A program made the translations under genes and the position numbers. Positions 55,552-64,000 of a DNA stretch of 64,000 bases are shown one piece after another (position 1 is the stretch's first letter; every line of letters begins with the position of its first letter). The notes under the pieces were generated by a model. The model was not told the origin of the DNA. It was given only the letters and a program-made list of their open reading frames with translations, and did not search any database. The stretch spans positions 96,001 through 160,000 of the forward strand of contig CAVUMN010000001.1 in NCBI GenBank assembly GCA_963742735.1. Reading direction: 5' to 3'. The stretch is from an uncultured Actinomycetes bacterium (lineage in GTDB: Bacteria; Actinomycetota; UBA4738; JBBDTT01).

Positions 55552-56996
55552 GCGCGCCCCCCCGAGCCCAGCTGGGCCGCGGCGCCCACCGCCGCCAGAA
55601 GGGCCTCCGCCTTGTCGCGGGTTTCCTTCGCCTCCGCGACCGGGTCGGAGTCGGCCACGATGCCCGCTCCGGCCTGCACGTGCGCTCGCCCCTCGTGGAA
55701 GAGCACCGTCCGCAGCGTGATGCAGGTGTCCAGGTTCCCGGCGAGGTCGAAGTACCCCACCGCGCCGGCGTACGGGCCGCGCGACACGGGCTCGACCTCG
55801 TCGATGATCTGCATGGCCCGCACCTTTGGTGCCCCGGACACGGTCCCCGCGGGAAACGCGGCCGCGAAGGCGTCCAGGGCGGTACGCCCCGCCGCCAGGC
55901 GCCCGGACACTCTCGACGCGATGTGCATGACGTGCGAGTAGCGCTCGATCACCATGAGGTCGTCGACGCTGACGGTCCCGGGCGCGCTCACCCGGCCGAG
56001 GTCGTTGCGAGCCAGATCGACGAGCATCACGTGCTCGGCCCGTTCCTTGGGGTCGGCCATGAGCTCGGCCTCGAGCGCGCGATCCTCCGCCTCGTCCCTC
56101 CCGCGTCGGCGGGTCCCCGCGATCGGGTGGGTGACCGCGACGTCGCCCTGGACCTTCACCAGGACCTCCGGCGAGGATCCGGCGACCTGCACGCCCTCCA
56201 GGTCGAGGAAGTACATGTACGGCGACGGATTGATCGTCCGGAGCGCACGGTAGACGTCGAAGGGATCACCCGGCGCCTCGGCGGTGAACCGTCTGGACAG
56301 CACGACCTGAAAGATGTCGCCGGCGAACACGTGCTCCTTCGCGTCCTCCACCCACCCCGCGTAGGTCTCGTCGTCGACGTTCGGCGTCGAAGGGATCGGC
56401 GCGGGGCGCAGCAGCTCGCGCGGCTCGTCGGCCCGCGCGCTGAACAACCGCGCCGCCAGATCGTCGATGGCCGCGACCGCGGCGTCGTGGTCGGCGCCCG
56501 GGTCCGCCGGACGGACGACGTTCGCCACGATCGTGACGGTCTGCTTGAGGTGGTCGAAGGCGACCACGAGGCGGGGGAACATCAACGCGGTGTCGGGGAT
56601 GCCGAGGTCGTCGGGGGGCGGCGGGCCGAGCCGTTCGAGCTCTCGGATCGTGTTGTAGCCGATCCACCCGACCAACCCGGAGTGCAGGGGTGGCAGGCCG
56701 GGGAGATCGGGCGCGCTGAGGCCCTCCAGCCGCTCGCGGATCCCGTCCAGCACTCCCCCCGCCTCGGCGCCCGGATCGACGCGCATGGTCATCGCGGGCG
56801 AGATCCCGATGAACGAGAACCGGCCCCAACGCTCGCCATGCTCGACGCTCTCCAGCAGGAAGGAGGAGGGCTCGCGGATCGCGCGGTAGGCGCCCACCGG
56901 GGTGAGGGTGTCGGCGAAGAACGACCGCGCTACCGGGATCACGGTGTGCTCGGCGGCGAGGGCCTGGAAGGTCTCACGATCGGGGAACGCGCTCAC
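55548..56996 (-). CDS. trpE: Anthranilate synthase component I
   Basis: SFLLESVE..WGRFSF, GDIFQVV, INPSPYMY, PIAGTR, EHVMLVDLARND, GTVSGAPKVRAM. Confidence 0.93.
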   Translation of the reverse strand: MSAFPDRETFQALAAEHTVIPVARSFFADTLTPVGAYRAIREPSSFLLESVEHGERWGRFSFIGISPAMTMRVDPGAEAGGVLDGIRERLEGLSAPDLPGLPPLHSGLVGWIGYNTIRELERLGPPPPDDLGIPDTALMFPRLVVAFDHLKQTVTIVANVVRPADPGADHDAAVAAIDDLAARLFSARADEPRELLRPAPIPSTPNVDDETYAGWVEDAKEHVFAGDIFQVVLSRRFTAEAPGDPFDVYRALRTINPSPYMYFLDLEGVQVAGSSPEVLVKVQGDVAVTHPIAGTRRRGRDEAEDRALEAELMADPKERAEHVMLVDLARNDLGRVSAPGTVSVDDLMVIERYSHVMHIASRVSGRLAAGRTALDAFAAAFPAGTVSGAPKVRAMQIIDEVEPVSRGPYAGAVGYFDLAGNLDTCITLRTVLFHEGRAHVQAGAGIVADSDPVAEAKETRDKAEALLAAVGAAAQLGSGGRA

Positions 56997-57694
56997 GACC
57001 GCAGTGCCTCCCCCAGGTCGAGGCCTGCCTCGTACAGGGCGGTGCCGACGATGGCCCCCTCGATCTCGAGCGCCGCCAGCGAGTCCAGGTCGTCCCGCGA
57101 ACGGACGCCGCCGGAGGCGATGATCGCGCCGGGGAAGGCCGCGGCCAGGGCCCGGAGGCCGTCGAGGTCGGGGCCGCGCATCGCCCCGTCGCGAGAGACG
57201 TCGGTGTAGACGACGCGGGGACATCCCGCGTCGCCCAGCCAGCCCACGGCCTCGTCCAGCTCGGGACCGGGCACCCCCGAGCCCCTGGGCACGATCCGGC
57301 TGCCGCGCACGTCGAGGCCCACCGCGACGGTCTCGCCCAGCGCGCTTAGGCAGGCTTCGACCGAGGCGCGATCGGTGAGCGAGGAGGCACCGATCACCGC
57401 GCGGCTCGCGCCCGCGTCGAGCGCCGCCTCGACCTCGCGGGGCGACAGGCCTCCCCCGGCCTGGACCTGCACCGGCAGCGCCGCGACCTGGCGCAGCAGG
57501 TCGACGTTCGAGGCGCCGGAGCCGAACGCCGCGTCCAGATCCACGAAGTGGATCCACCGCGCCCCCTGCGCCACGAACGCCTCCGCCACGCTCATCGGGT
57601 CCCCCGAATACACGTGCAGCGTGCCCGGATCGCCCGTCCGCAGCCGCGCGATCCGGCCCCCCATCACGTCGATCGCCGGAATGACCTCAAACAC
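56993..57694 (-). CDS. HisA/PriA-family phosphoribosyl isomerase, translationally coupled to trpE
   Basis: IPAIDV, HFVDLDAA, GLDV, YTDVSRDG, IASGGV, GTALY; TAGGCT upstream. Confidence 0.88.
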   Translation of the reverse strand: MFEVIPAIDVMGGRIARLRTGDPGTLHVYSGDPMSVAEAFVAQGARWIHFVDLDAAFGSGASNVDLLRQVAALPVQVQAGGGLSPREVEAALDAGASRAVIGASSLTDRASVEACLSALGETVAVGLDVRGSRIVPRGSGVPGPELDEAVGWLGDAGCPRVVYTDVSRDGAMRGPDLDGLRALAAAFPGAIIASGGVRSRDDLDSLAALEIEGAIVGTALYEAGLDLGEALRS

Positions 57695-57746
57695 GCCCGC
57701 CAGCCTACCGGGCCTCCTCCCGACGGGGCCGGAACAGCCGTTTCTC

Positions 57747-57853
57747 GTTGGGGTGGTCCAGGGCGTCTGATGCACGTGGCGGTCCGTGACTTTCGCCGGC
57801 CGGGTGTGCTGCCGCGCGAGCCATCGGGTTGCGTCGTTCGTTGACCACCCAAC
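57747..57853 (+). repeat. About 107-bp imperfect palindromic element between dnaE and the hisA-family gene
   Basis: Termini GTTGGGGTGGTC and GACCACCCAAC; nested arms TCTGATG/CATCGGG and CACGTGGCGGT/GCTGCCGCGCG. Confidence 0.5.
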
Positions 57854-57870
57854 CAGACAGAGGCGACCGG

Positions 57871-60800
57871 TTAGCCGACGGGGGCGAGTTCCCGGCGGGC
57901 GGCCTGGGGGCCGAGGAGGGTGCGGAGCTCGCTGAGGAGGCCTTCGGAGCCGTCGACGCGGTAGCCGTCGCCGAGGCGGAGGCGCTTGGTGACCTCGCCG
58001 TGGGAGGTGAGGTGGAGGCGGACGTCGCCCGTGCCGGGGTGCGCGGAGAGGACCTCCTTCAGCTTGTCGATGAGGGCGGGGGTGCAGACGTCCACGGGAA
58101 GGGTCACGACGATCGGGTCGAGGAAGGTGGGAGCCGGGGGTTCGGCGCCGTCCGGGCCCGAGAGGTCCGGGGCGCTGACCTCGAGCGCCACCAGCTGCAT
58201 CTCGCGCATCCGGAGGTCCACCCGGCCCTTGACCAGCACGATCTGGTCCTGCTGGCACAGCTCCATCGCCTTCTCGTAGGTGGAGGGAAACGCGACGACC
58301 TGGACGCCGCCCTCCAGGTCCTCCAGCCGGAACACCACGTACGGCTCGGTGTTGCGGGTGAACTTGCGCTGGACGTTACCGATGATCCCGCCGACGGTGA
58401 CGACGTCGCCGTCGAGCGCCTCCTCGAGGCCCGGGATGTCCTTGGTGGCCTGGGCGGCCAGCCGCTCCCTGATCGCCAGCAGCGGGTGGTCGGTCACGAA
58501 CTGGCCGAGGATCTCCTTCTCGCGGCGCAGCAGCTCGTCCTTCGAGAACTCCACCCGGTCGATCACCGACTCGTCGATCGCCCGCGATTCGTCGTCCGCG
58601 CCGCCGAACAGCGAGAACTGTCCTGCCGCCTCGGCCCGGCGTTCGGCCAGGATCGGACCGGAAACCTTGTCGTAGGTCTCCAGCAAGCCGCGGCGCGCGT
58701 AGCCGAGGCTTTCGAAGGCGCCGGCGAGGATCAGCGACTCCAGGACCTTCTTGTGCAGCAGGGACGGGTCGACCTTGCGGCAGAAGTCGGTGAAGGTGGT
58801 GAACGCGCCCTTCGCGTTGCGCGCGTCGATGATCTGCTGGACCGCGCCGCCTCCCACGTTGCGCACGGCCGACAGGCCGTAGCGGATCTCCTCTGGGGGG
58901 GCGTCGTCGGGCATCAGCACCGGCGTGAAGTCCTGCTCGGAGCCGTTCACGTCCGGCGGCAGCACCTGGATGCCCATCAGCCGCGCGGTGTTCAGGTAGT
59001 AGGGCTTGCGGTCCTTGTCGTCCTTGACGCTCGTCAGCAGCGCCGACACGTACTCGACCGGATGATGGGCCTTGAGGTAGGCGGTCTGGTAGGCGACGAG
59101 CGCGTACCCGCAGGCGTGCGACGCGTTGAAGCCGTAGTCGGCGAACGGGGCGATGAGCTCGAACACCTTGGTGGCGAGCTTCTCCTCGTAGCCGTTGGCG
59201 ACGGCGCCCTCGACGAACTTCGCGCGATGCGGGATCAGCACCTCTCGGATCTTCTTGCCCATGGCCTTGCGGAGCGTGTCGGCCTCGCCGAGCGTGTAAC
59301 CGGCCAGCCGGACCGCGACCTGCATGACCTGCTCCTGATAGACGATCACCCCGTAGGTCTTGCCGAGGATCTCCTCGAGGTCGGGATGGGGGTACTCCAC
59401 CTCGTTGCGGCCGTGCTTTCGCTCGGCGTACTCGGTGTGCATGTTCTGGCTGAGCGGCCCCGGGCGGTACAGCGCGACCAGGGCCATGAGGTCCTCGAAC
59501 CGGTTGGGCAGCAGCTGGCGGATCAGGGAACGCATTCCGCCGCCCTCCAGCTGGAACACGCCGGTCGTGTCGCCGGCCTGGAGCATGGCGTAGGTGCGCT
59601 CGTCCTCGAGCGGCAGGTGATCGACGTCGAGCTCGACCCCACGGCGGCGGAGCAGCGCGATCGTGTCCTCGATCACGGAGAGCGTCCGCAGGCCCAGGAA
59701 GTCCATCTTCAGCAGGCCCAGCTTCTCGACGCCGTGCATGTCGAACTGGGTGACCACGCGGCGGGAGTCGTCGCGGGAGTCCTTCGAGAGCTTGAGCGGC
59801 AGGTAGTTCACGAGCGGGGCGTCGCCGATCACCACACCGGCGGCATGGATCGAGTCCTCGCGGTGCAGGCCCTCGAGCGCGCGGGCCGTGTCGATGATCT
59901 CGCGAGCCTCGGACTCGTTCTCGTAGGCGTTGTAGAGGTCCGCCGCCTTCTCCATGGCGTCCTGGATCGAGTACTCGCGACCGAGGACCGCCGCCGGATA
60001 CAGCTTGGCGAGCCGGTCTCCGACGCTCGCCGGGTAGCCCAGCACCCGCGCGGCGTCGCGGATCCCCTGCTTCCCCTTGATCGTCTGGAACGTGATGATC
60101 TGGGCGACGTGGTCGCTGCCGTACTTGTCGGCCACGTAGCGGATGACCTCGTCACGCCGGCGCTCGTCGAAGTCCATGTCGATGTCCGGCATCTGCTTCC
60201 GGTCGGGGTTCAGGAACCGCTCGAAGATCAGCCCGTAGCGCAGCGGGTCGATGTCGGTGATCTCCAGCGAGTACGACACGACCGAGCCCGCGGCCGAGCC
60301 TCGACCGGGCCCGACCCGGATGCCGCGCGACCTCGCGAAACGGATGAGGTCCCACACCACCAGGAAGTACCCGGCGAACCCCATCGAGCAGATGATCGAG
60401 AGCTCGTGGTCGATCCGCTCCCGGATGTCTCGGCTCAGGGGGTCGCCGTACCGGCGGGCGGCGCCCTCGGCCACCAGCCGGCTGAGGTGCGACTCCAGCG
60501 ACTCCCCGGCCGGCGGCTCGAACTGCGGCAGGTGGTAGGCGCCGAACTTGAGCTTCAGGTCGCACATCTCGGCGATCGCCAACGTGGCGTCGCACGCCTC
60601 GGGGAGCTCCGCGAACAGCGTCCGCATCTCCCCCGAGGACTTCATGAAGAACTCCTGCGTGTCGAACTTCAGCCGCCGTGTGTCGGTCTGGACCTTCTGC
60701 TGCTGGATGCACAGCAGGACGTCGTGCGCGGTCGAGTGCGACTGGTCGGTGTAGTGGGTGTCGTTGGTGGCCACCAGGGGCATCCCGAGCTTCCTGGAGA

Positions 60801-61404
60801 TCTCGACCAGCCCGCGGTTCGCCGTGCGCTGCTCCTCGATGCCGTGCTCCATGACCTCCAGGAAGAAGTTCTCGGGCCCGACGATGTCGCGGTACTCGGC
60901 GGCGGCGCGCTCGGCGGCGTCCATCCGGCCGGAGACGATCATCTTCGCCGTCTCGCCGGCCAGGCAGCCGGAGAGCACGATCAGGCCCTCGGCGTGCTCG
61001 GCGAGGATCTCCTTGTCGATGCGGGGACGGGCGAACACGCCGGCGCCGAAGAACCCCTCCAGCCATCCCGCGGACACGAGCCGCAGCAGGTTCCGGTAGC
61101 CGGTCTCGTTCTTCGCCAGGATCGTGAGGTGGCGGTAGGCCTCCTCACCCTCCTGGCGGTTGCGGTCGAACCGCGAGCGGGGGGCCACGTAGGCCTCGAC
61201 GCCGATGATCGGCTTGACCCCGGCCTCGACCCCCGCGTTGTAGAAGTCGAGCGCGCCGTACATGGCGCCGTGGTCGGTGACGGCCAGCGCGGGCATGCCG
61301 TGCTCGGCGGCCCGCGCGAACATCTCCGGGATCCGGCTGGCCCCGTCCAGCAGCGAGAACTCGCTGTGCACGTGCAGGTGGACGAAGCCGGACTCGGAAC
61401 TCAT
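57871..61404 (-). CDS. dnaE: DNA polymerase III alpha subunit
   Basis: PHP domain HLHVHSEFSLLDG, TDHG, TNDTHY; GRGSAAGS, MPDIDMDF, KMDFLGLRTL, C-terminal OB fold; no intein seen. Confidence 0.97.
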   Translation of the reverse strand: MSSESGFVHLHVHSEFSLLDGASRIPEMFARAAEHGMPALAVTDHGAMYGALDFYNAGVEAGVKPIIGVEAYVAPRSRFDRNRQEGEEAYRHLTILAKNETGYRNLLRLVSAGWLEGFFGAGVFARPRIDKEILAEHAEGLIVLSGCLAGETAKMIVSGRMDAAERAAAEYRDIVGPENFFLEVMEHGIEEQRTANRGLVEISRKLGMPLVATNDTHYTDQSHSTAHDVLLCIQQQKVQTDTRRLKFDTQEFFMKSSGEMRTLFAELPEACDATLAIAEMCDLKLKFGAYHLPQFEPPAGESLESHLSRLVAEGAARRYGDPLSRDIRERIDHELSIICSMGFAGYFLVVWDLIRFARSRGIRVGPGRGSAAGSVVSYSLEITDIDPLRYGLIFERFLNPDRKQMPDIDMDFDERRRDEVIRYVADKYGSDHVAQIITFQTIKGKQGIRDAARVLGYPASVGDRLAKLYPAAVLGREYSIQDAMEKAADLYNAYENESEAREIIDTARALEGLHREDSIHAAGVVIGDAPLVNYLPLKLSKDSRDDSRRVVTQFDMHGVEKLGLLKMDFLGLRTLSVIEDTIALLRRRGVELDVDHLPLEDERTYAMLQAGDTTGVFQLEGGGMRSLIRQLLPNRFEDLMALVALYRPGPLSQNMHTEYAERKHGRNEVEYPHPDLEEILGKTYGVIVYQEQVMQVAVRLAGYTLGEADTLRKAMGKKIREVLIPHRAKFVEGAVANGYEEKLATKVFELIAPFADYGFNASHACGYALVAYQTAYLKAHHPVEYVSALLTSVKDDKDRKPYYLNTARLMGIQVLPPDVNGSEQDFTPVLMPDDAPPEEIRYGLSAVRNVGGGAVQQIIDARNAKGAFTTFTDFCRKVDPSLLHKKVLESLILAGAFESLGYARRGLLETYDKVSGPILAERRAEAAGQFSLFGGADDESRAIDESVIDRVEFSKDELLRREKEILGQFVTDHPLLAIRERLAAQATKDIPGLEEALDGDVVTVGGIIGNVQRKFTRNTEPYVVFRLEDLEGGVQVVAFPSTYEKAMELCQQDQIVLVKGRVDLRMREMQLVALEVSAPDLSGPDGAEPPAPTFLDPIVVTLPVDVCTPALIDKLKEVLSAHPGTGDVRLHLTSHGEVTKRLRLGDGYRVDGSEGLLSELRTLLGPQAARRELAPVG

Positions 61405-61456
61405 CCCTCTCCGCGGAGTCTCCCTCTGGGCACTGACACGGCTGCCGGCGGTCGCA

Positions 61457-61488
61457 TGTGGAAACCCTTGGGGAACCCCTGGGGATAA
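61457..61488. promoter_or_regulatory. Three co-oriented DnaA-box-like 9-mers
   Basis: TGTGGAAAC (61457), TGGGGAACC (61469), TGGGGATAA (61480) compared with consensus TGTGGATAA. Confidence 0.55.
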
Positions 61489-61549
61489 CTCACACGCTTG
61501 TAATTCCGGGGCCTGCAGCATACCCTCCCGGCTCAGATCGGAGGGCAAG

Positions 61550-62677
61550 ATGCGGCTGTCGTATTCCTCGATCAATACCTACGAGACGTGCCCGGCGAAG
61601 TACCGCTTCGAGTACGAGGACCGCCTCCCTCGGTCCCCGGCCCCGGCTCTGTCGTTCGGGGACAGCCTCCACCGCGCGCTGTTCCGGTTCCACGACCGGC
61701 CGGTGCCGGTGGCGCCCTCCCTCCCCGAGCTGCACGAGTTCCTGGAGGACGAATGGGTCTCCGAGGGCTACCGGGACCCCGCGGAGGAGCGCCTGTACCG
61801 GGACCACGGCAAGCAGGTCCTGGAGATGTACCACCGCGAGAACGCCGGCGAGTACCGCATCCCCGCGGCGCTCGAATACAAGTTCTCGGTGGAGGTGGAG
61901 GGCGTCCAGCTGGTCGGCCAGATCGACCGCCTGGACCGCATCCCCGGCGGCGGCTACGAGATCATCGACTACAAGACCAACCGGCGGCTCCCGCCCCGTT
62001 CGCGCATCGACAAGGACCTGCAGCTGTCGCTCTACTGGCTGGCGGCCCAGCAGATCTGGGGCATCGAGGCGGAGCGACTCACCCTCTACTACCTGCTGCC
62101 AGGGCAGCGGATGACCACGACCCGCACCGAGGCGGACGCCGAGCGGCTTCGTTCGCGGATCGCGATCACCGCCGAGCGCATCGACGCCGGCAAGTTCGAG
62201 GCCCGCGAGAACCCCCTGTGCAACTGGTGCGACTACCAGGCCCGCTGTCCGGTGTTCCGCCACCTGCACGAGAAGGAAGAGGGCGATCCCGCCCCGCGGA
62301 TCACCGACCTGGTCGACGAGTGGATCACCCTCAAGCGCGAGGACCGGGCCCGGTGGAAGCGCATGGAGGAGCTGGCGGCGACCATCCACGCCTACTGCGA
62401 CGAGCACGAGTACCAGCGCCTGTACGGCTCCGAGGGCGCCGGGGTGGCCCGGGTGGCCCGCCACGACGCCGACTACGACCTGGAGCAGGTCAAGGACGCC
62501 CTGGAGCCGCTGGGGCTGTTCGAGGAGATCCTCACCGTGGACCGGGGCCGGTTGGCGCAGCTGATCGAGGGGCGCACGCTCCCGCCGGACGTGGAGGACG
62601 CCCTGCTCGCGGCCAAGGACGAGGTCCGCACCTCCTACGCCCTGTACCTGCGCGAGAAGTCCCGCTCCCGGCGCTAG
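61550..62677 (+). CDS. PD-(D/E)XK RecB/Cas4-like nuclease with Fe-S cysteines
   Basis: LSYSSI..CP, GDSLH, GQIDRLD, IIDYKT, QLSLY, C-x2-C-x5-C (CNWCDYQARC); GGAGG RBS. Confidence 0.85.
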   Translation: MRLSYSSINTYETCPAKYRFEYEDRLPRSPAPALSFGDSLHRALFRFHDRPVPVAPSLPELHEFLEDEWVSEGYRDPAEERLYRDHGKQVLEMYHRENAGEYRIPAALEYKFSVEVEGVQLVGQIDRLDRIPGGGYEIIDYKTNRRLPPRSRIDKDLQLSLYWLAAQQIWGIEAERLTLYYLLPGQRMTTTRTEADAERLRSRIAITAERIDAGKFEARENPLCNWCDYQARCPVFRHLHEKEEGDPAPRITDLVDEWITLKREDRARWKRMEELAATIHAYCDEHEYQRLYGSEGAGVARVARHDADYDLEQVKDALEPLGLFEEILTVDRGRLAQLIEGRTLPPDVEDALLAAKDEVRTSYALYLREKSRSRR

Positions 62678-63566
62678 CCGCTTCGGGCGCGCTTCAGGGC
62701 CGACGAGAGGTCGGACGGCAGCGGATCGGCCACCTCGAGCCGCTCCCCCGTGGCGGGGTGCGTGAAGGCGATCAGCAGCGCGTGGAGGAACGGCCGCTCG
62801 AGGCCCAGGCGCGCCGCGTCGTCTCCCCCGCCCCCGTACTGACGGTCGCCGAGCACGGGGTGACCGACCGAGACTGAGGTGCACCCGGATCTGGTGGGTG
62901 CGCCCGGTGCGGGGGCGGGCCTCGAGCAGGGTCGAGCGCGGGAGCCGCTCGCGGACGGTGAGCTCGGTCCGGGCCTCGACCCCCGCGCCCGCGTCGATCA
63001 CGGTGCGGCCACCCTGCCGGTTGAGCCGCGCGTCGATCGCGAAGGTCTCCTCCTCGACCCGGCCCCGGACCAGGGTCAGGTACCGCCGGTCCACGTCGTG
63101 GCGCGTGAACAGGTCTCGAAGCGCGGCATGCGACGCGTCGTCTTTCGCCACGACCATCGCCCCGGAGGTCCCGGCGTCGAGGCGATGGACGATCCCGGGC
63201 CGGTCGGGGTCCGTCCCCGCGGACAGGGCGACGCCCATGCCGAGCAGCCGGTTGACGAGGGTGCCCGTGCGCCGGCCCGGGGCCGGATGGACGACCAGCC
63301 CCGCGGGCTTCGAGATCACCAGCAAGTGGTCGTCCTCGTGGAGGATCTCCACCCCGCCGGGCTCGGGCCCGAGCGGACCCGGACCGGACAGGTCCGCCTC
63401 GATCCGCTCTCCCCCGCTCAGGCGGTGCGACTTCGGCCGGGCCTCGCCGTCCACCCGTCACCCGGCCGTCCGCGATCGCCCGCTGCACGTCGGCGCGGGG
63501 GATTCCCGTCAGGCGGGCCAGCACCGCGTCCAGGCGACCGGGCTCGCCGGTGACGTCAGTCCCCAT
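62674..63566 (-). CDS. RluA/RluD-family pseudouridine synthase; frameshifts near 63455 and 62870
   Basis: S4-like [46 protein letters not shown] and FLHA spread over three frames. Confidence 0.8.
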
Positions 63567-64000
63567 TCGCGGACTCCCTCGCGGAGCGAGCCTCCGCCCG
63601 CTCGCGTCGCGCCGACGCGAACAGGACCAGCCCCGCGCCGGTCACGATGGCTATATCCGCCACGTTGAACACCGGCCACACCTGCAGGTCGACGAAGTCG
63701 ACCACCGACCCGGACAGCCCGGGCCCTCGCACCACGCGGTCGGTCAGGTTCCCGATGGCCCCTCCCAGGATCAGCCCGAGCCCGACGGCGACCGAACGCA
63801 TCGACACATTCCTCGACGCGACCACGATGGCCACGGCCGCCACCGCCGTCGCCAGCAGGAACAGCAGGGGCAGGCTCCCGAACAGCCCGAACGCCCCGGC
63901 GGGGTTCTGCGTGTAGCGGATCTGGAGAACGCCGGGGATGACGTCGACCGGCGGCCGCCCCGCCAGGGTCTGCTCCACCCACAGCTTGGTCACCCGGTCC
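63556..64000 (-). CDS. lspA: Lipoprotein signal peptidase II; 5' end outside the window
   Basis: [39 protein letters not shown]. Confidence 0.92.
   Translation of the reverse strand, partial: DRVTKLWVEQTLAGRPPVDVIPGVLQIRYTQNPAGAFGLFGSLPLLFLLATAVAAVAIVVASRNVSMRSVAVGLGLILGGAIGNLTDRVVRGPGLSGSVVDFVDLQVWPVFNVADIAIVTGAGLVLFASARRERAEARSARESANGD

Noticed and set aside
57871-61404. Intein in dnaE as the source of the LAGLIDADG gene
   Set aside because: DnaE has normal length (about 1177 aa) with contiguous motifs; no splicing motifs in either protein.
61550-62677. Cas4-like nuclease as evidence of a CRISPR-Cas locus
   Set aside because: No repeat-spacer array, cas1 or cas2 seen anywhere in the window.

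Overview
Very GC-rich chromosomal window, most likely from an Actinomycetota genome (KstR, Bpa, PdtaR-like regulator, PriA/HisA-family enzyme, F420 LLM, many apparently leaderless genes). 1-22.4 kb is a steroid/lipid catabolic region: a KstR homolog, three KstR-type operator palindromes, EchA19-, FadD19- and FadA5-like enzymes, an acyl-CoA dehydrogenase, SDRs, an LLM and two Liv-type ABC importers. 22.4-64 kb is mostly core genome: coaE, rpsA, polA, an FTR1 permease, gltB, bpa, amino-acid ABC systems, a REC-ANTAR regulator, tRNA-Leu(CAA), trpE/C/B/A, a hisA-family gene, dnaE, a Cas4/RecB-like nuclease, an RluA-family synthase and lspA. Best leads: (1) two ANTAR-type hexaloop hairpins, each overlapping a terminator, in the gltB leader, with a candidate ANTAR regulator in the same window; (2) a promoter-driven, rod-shaped putative ncRNA upstream of bpa; (3) a KstR-linked six-gene Liv-type importer with two unexplained accessory proteins; (4) a stand-alone HTH-LAGLIDADG gene abutting tRNA-Leu; (5) a HisA-family enzyme inside the trp operon that looks specialised towards TrpF activity. 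Five isolated frameshifts and one missing start codon in otherwise intact genes look like assembly errors. All family assignments come from reading motifs by eye; no searches were run.
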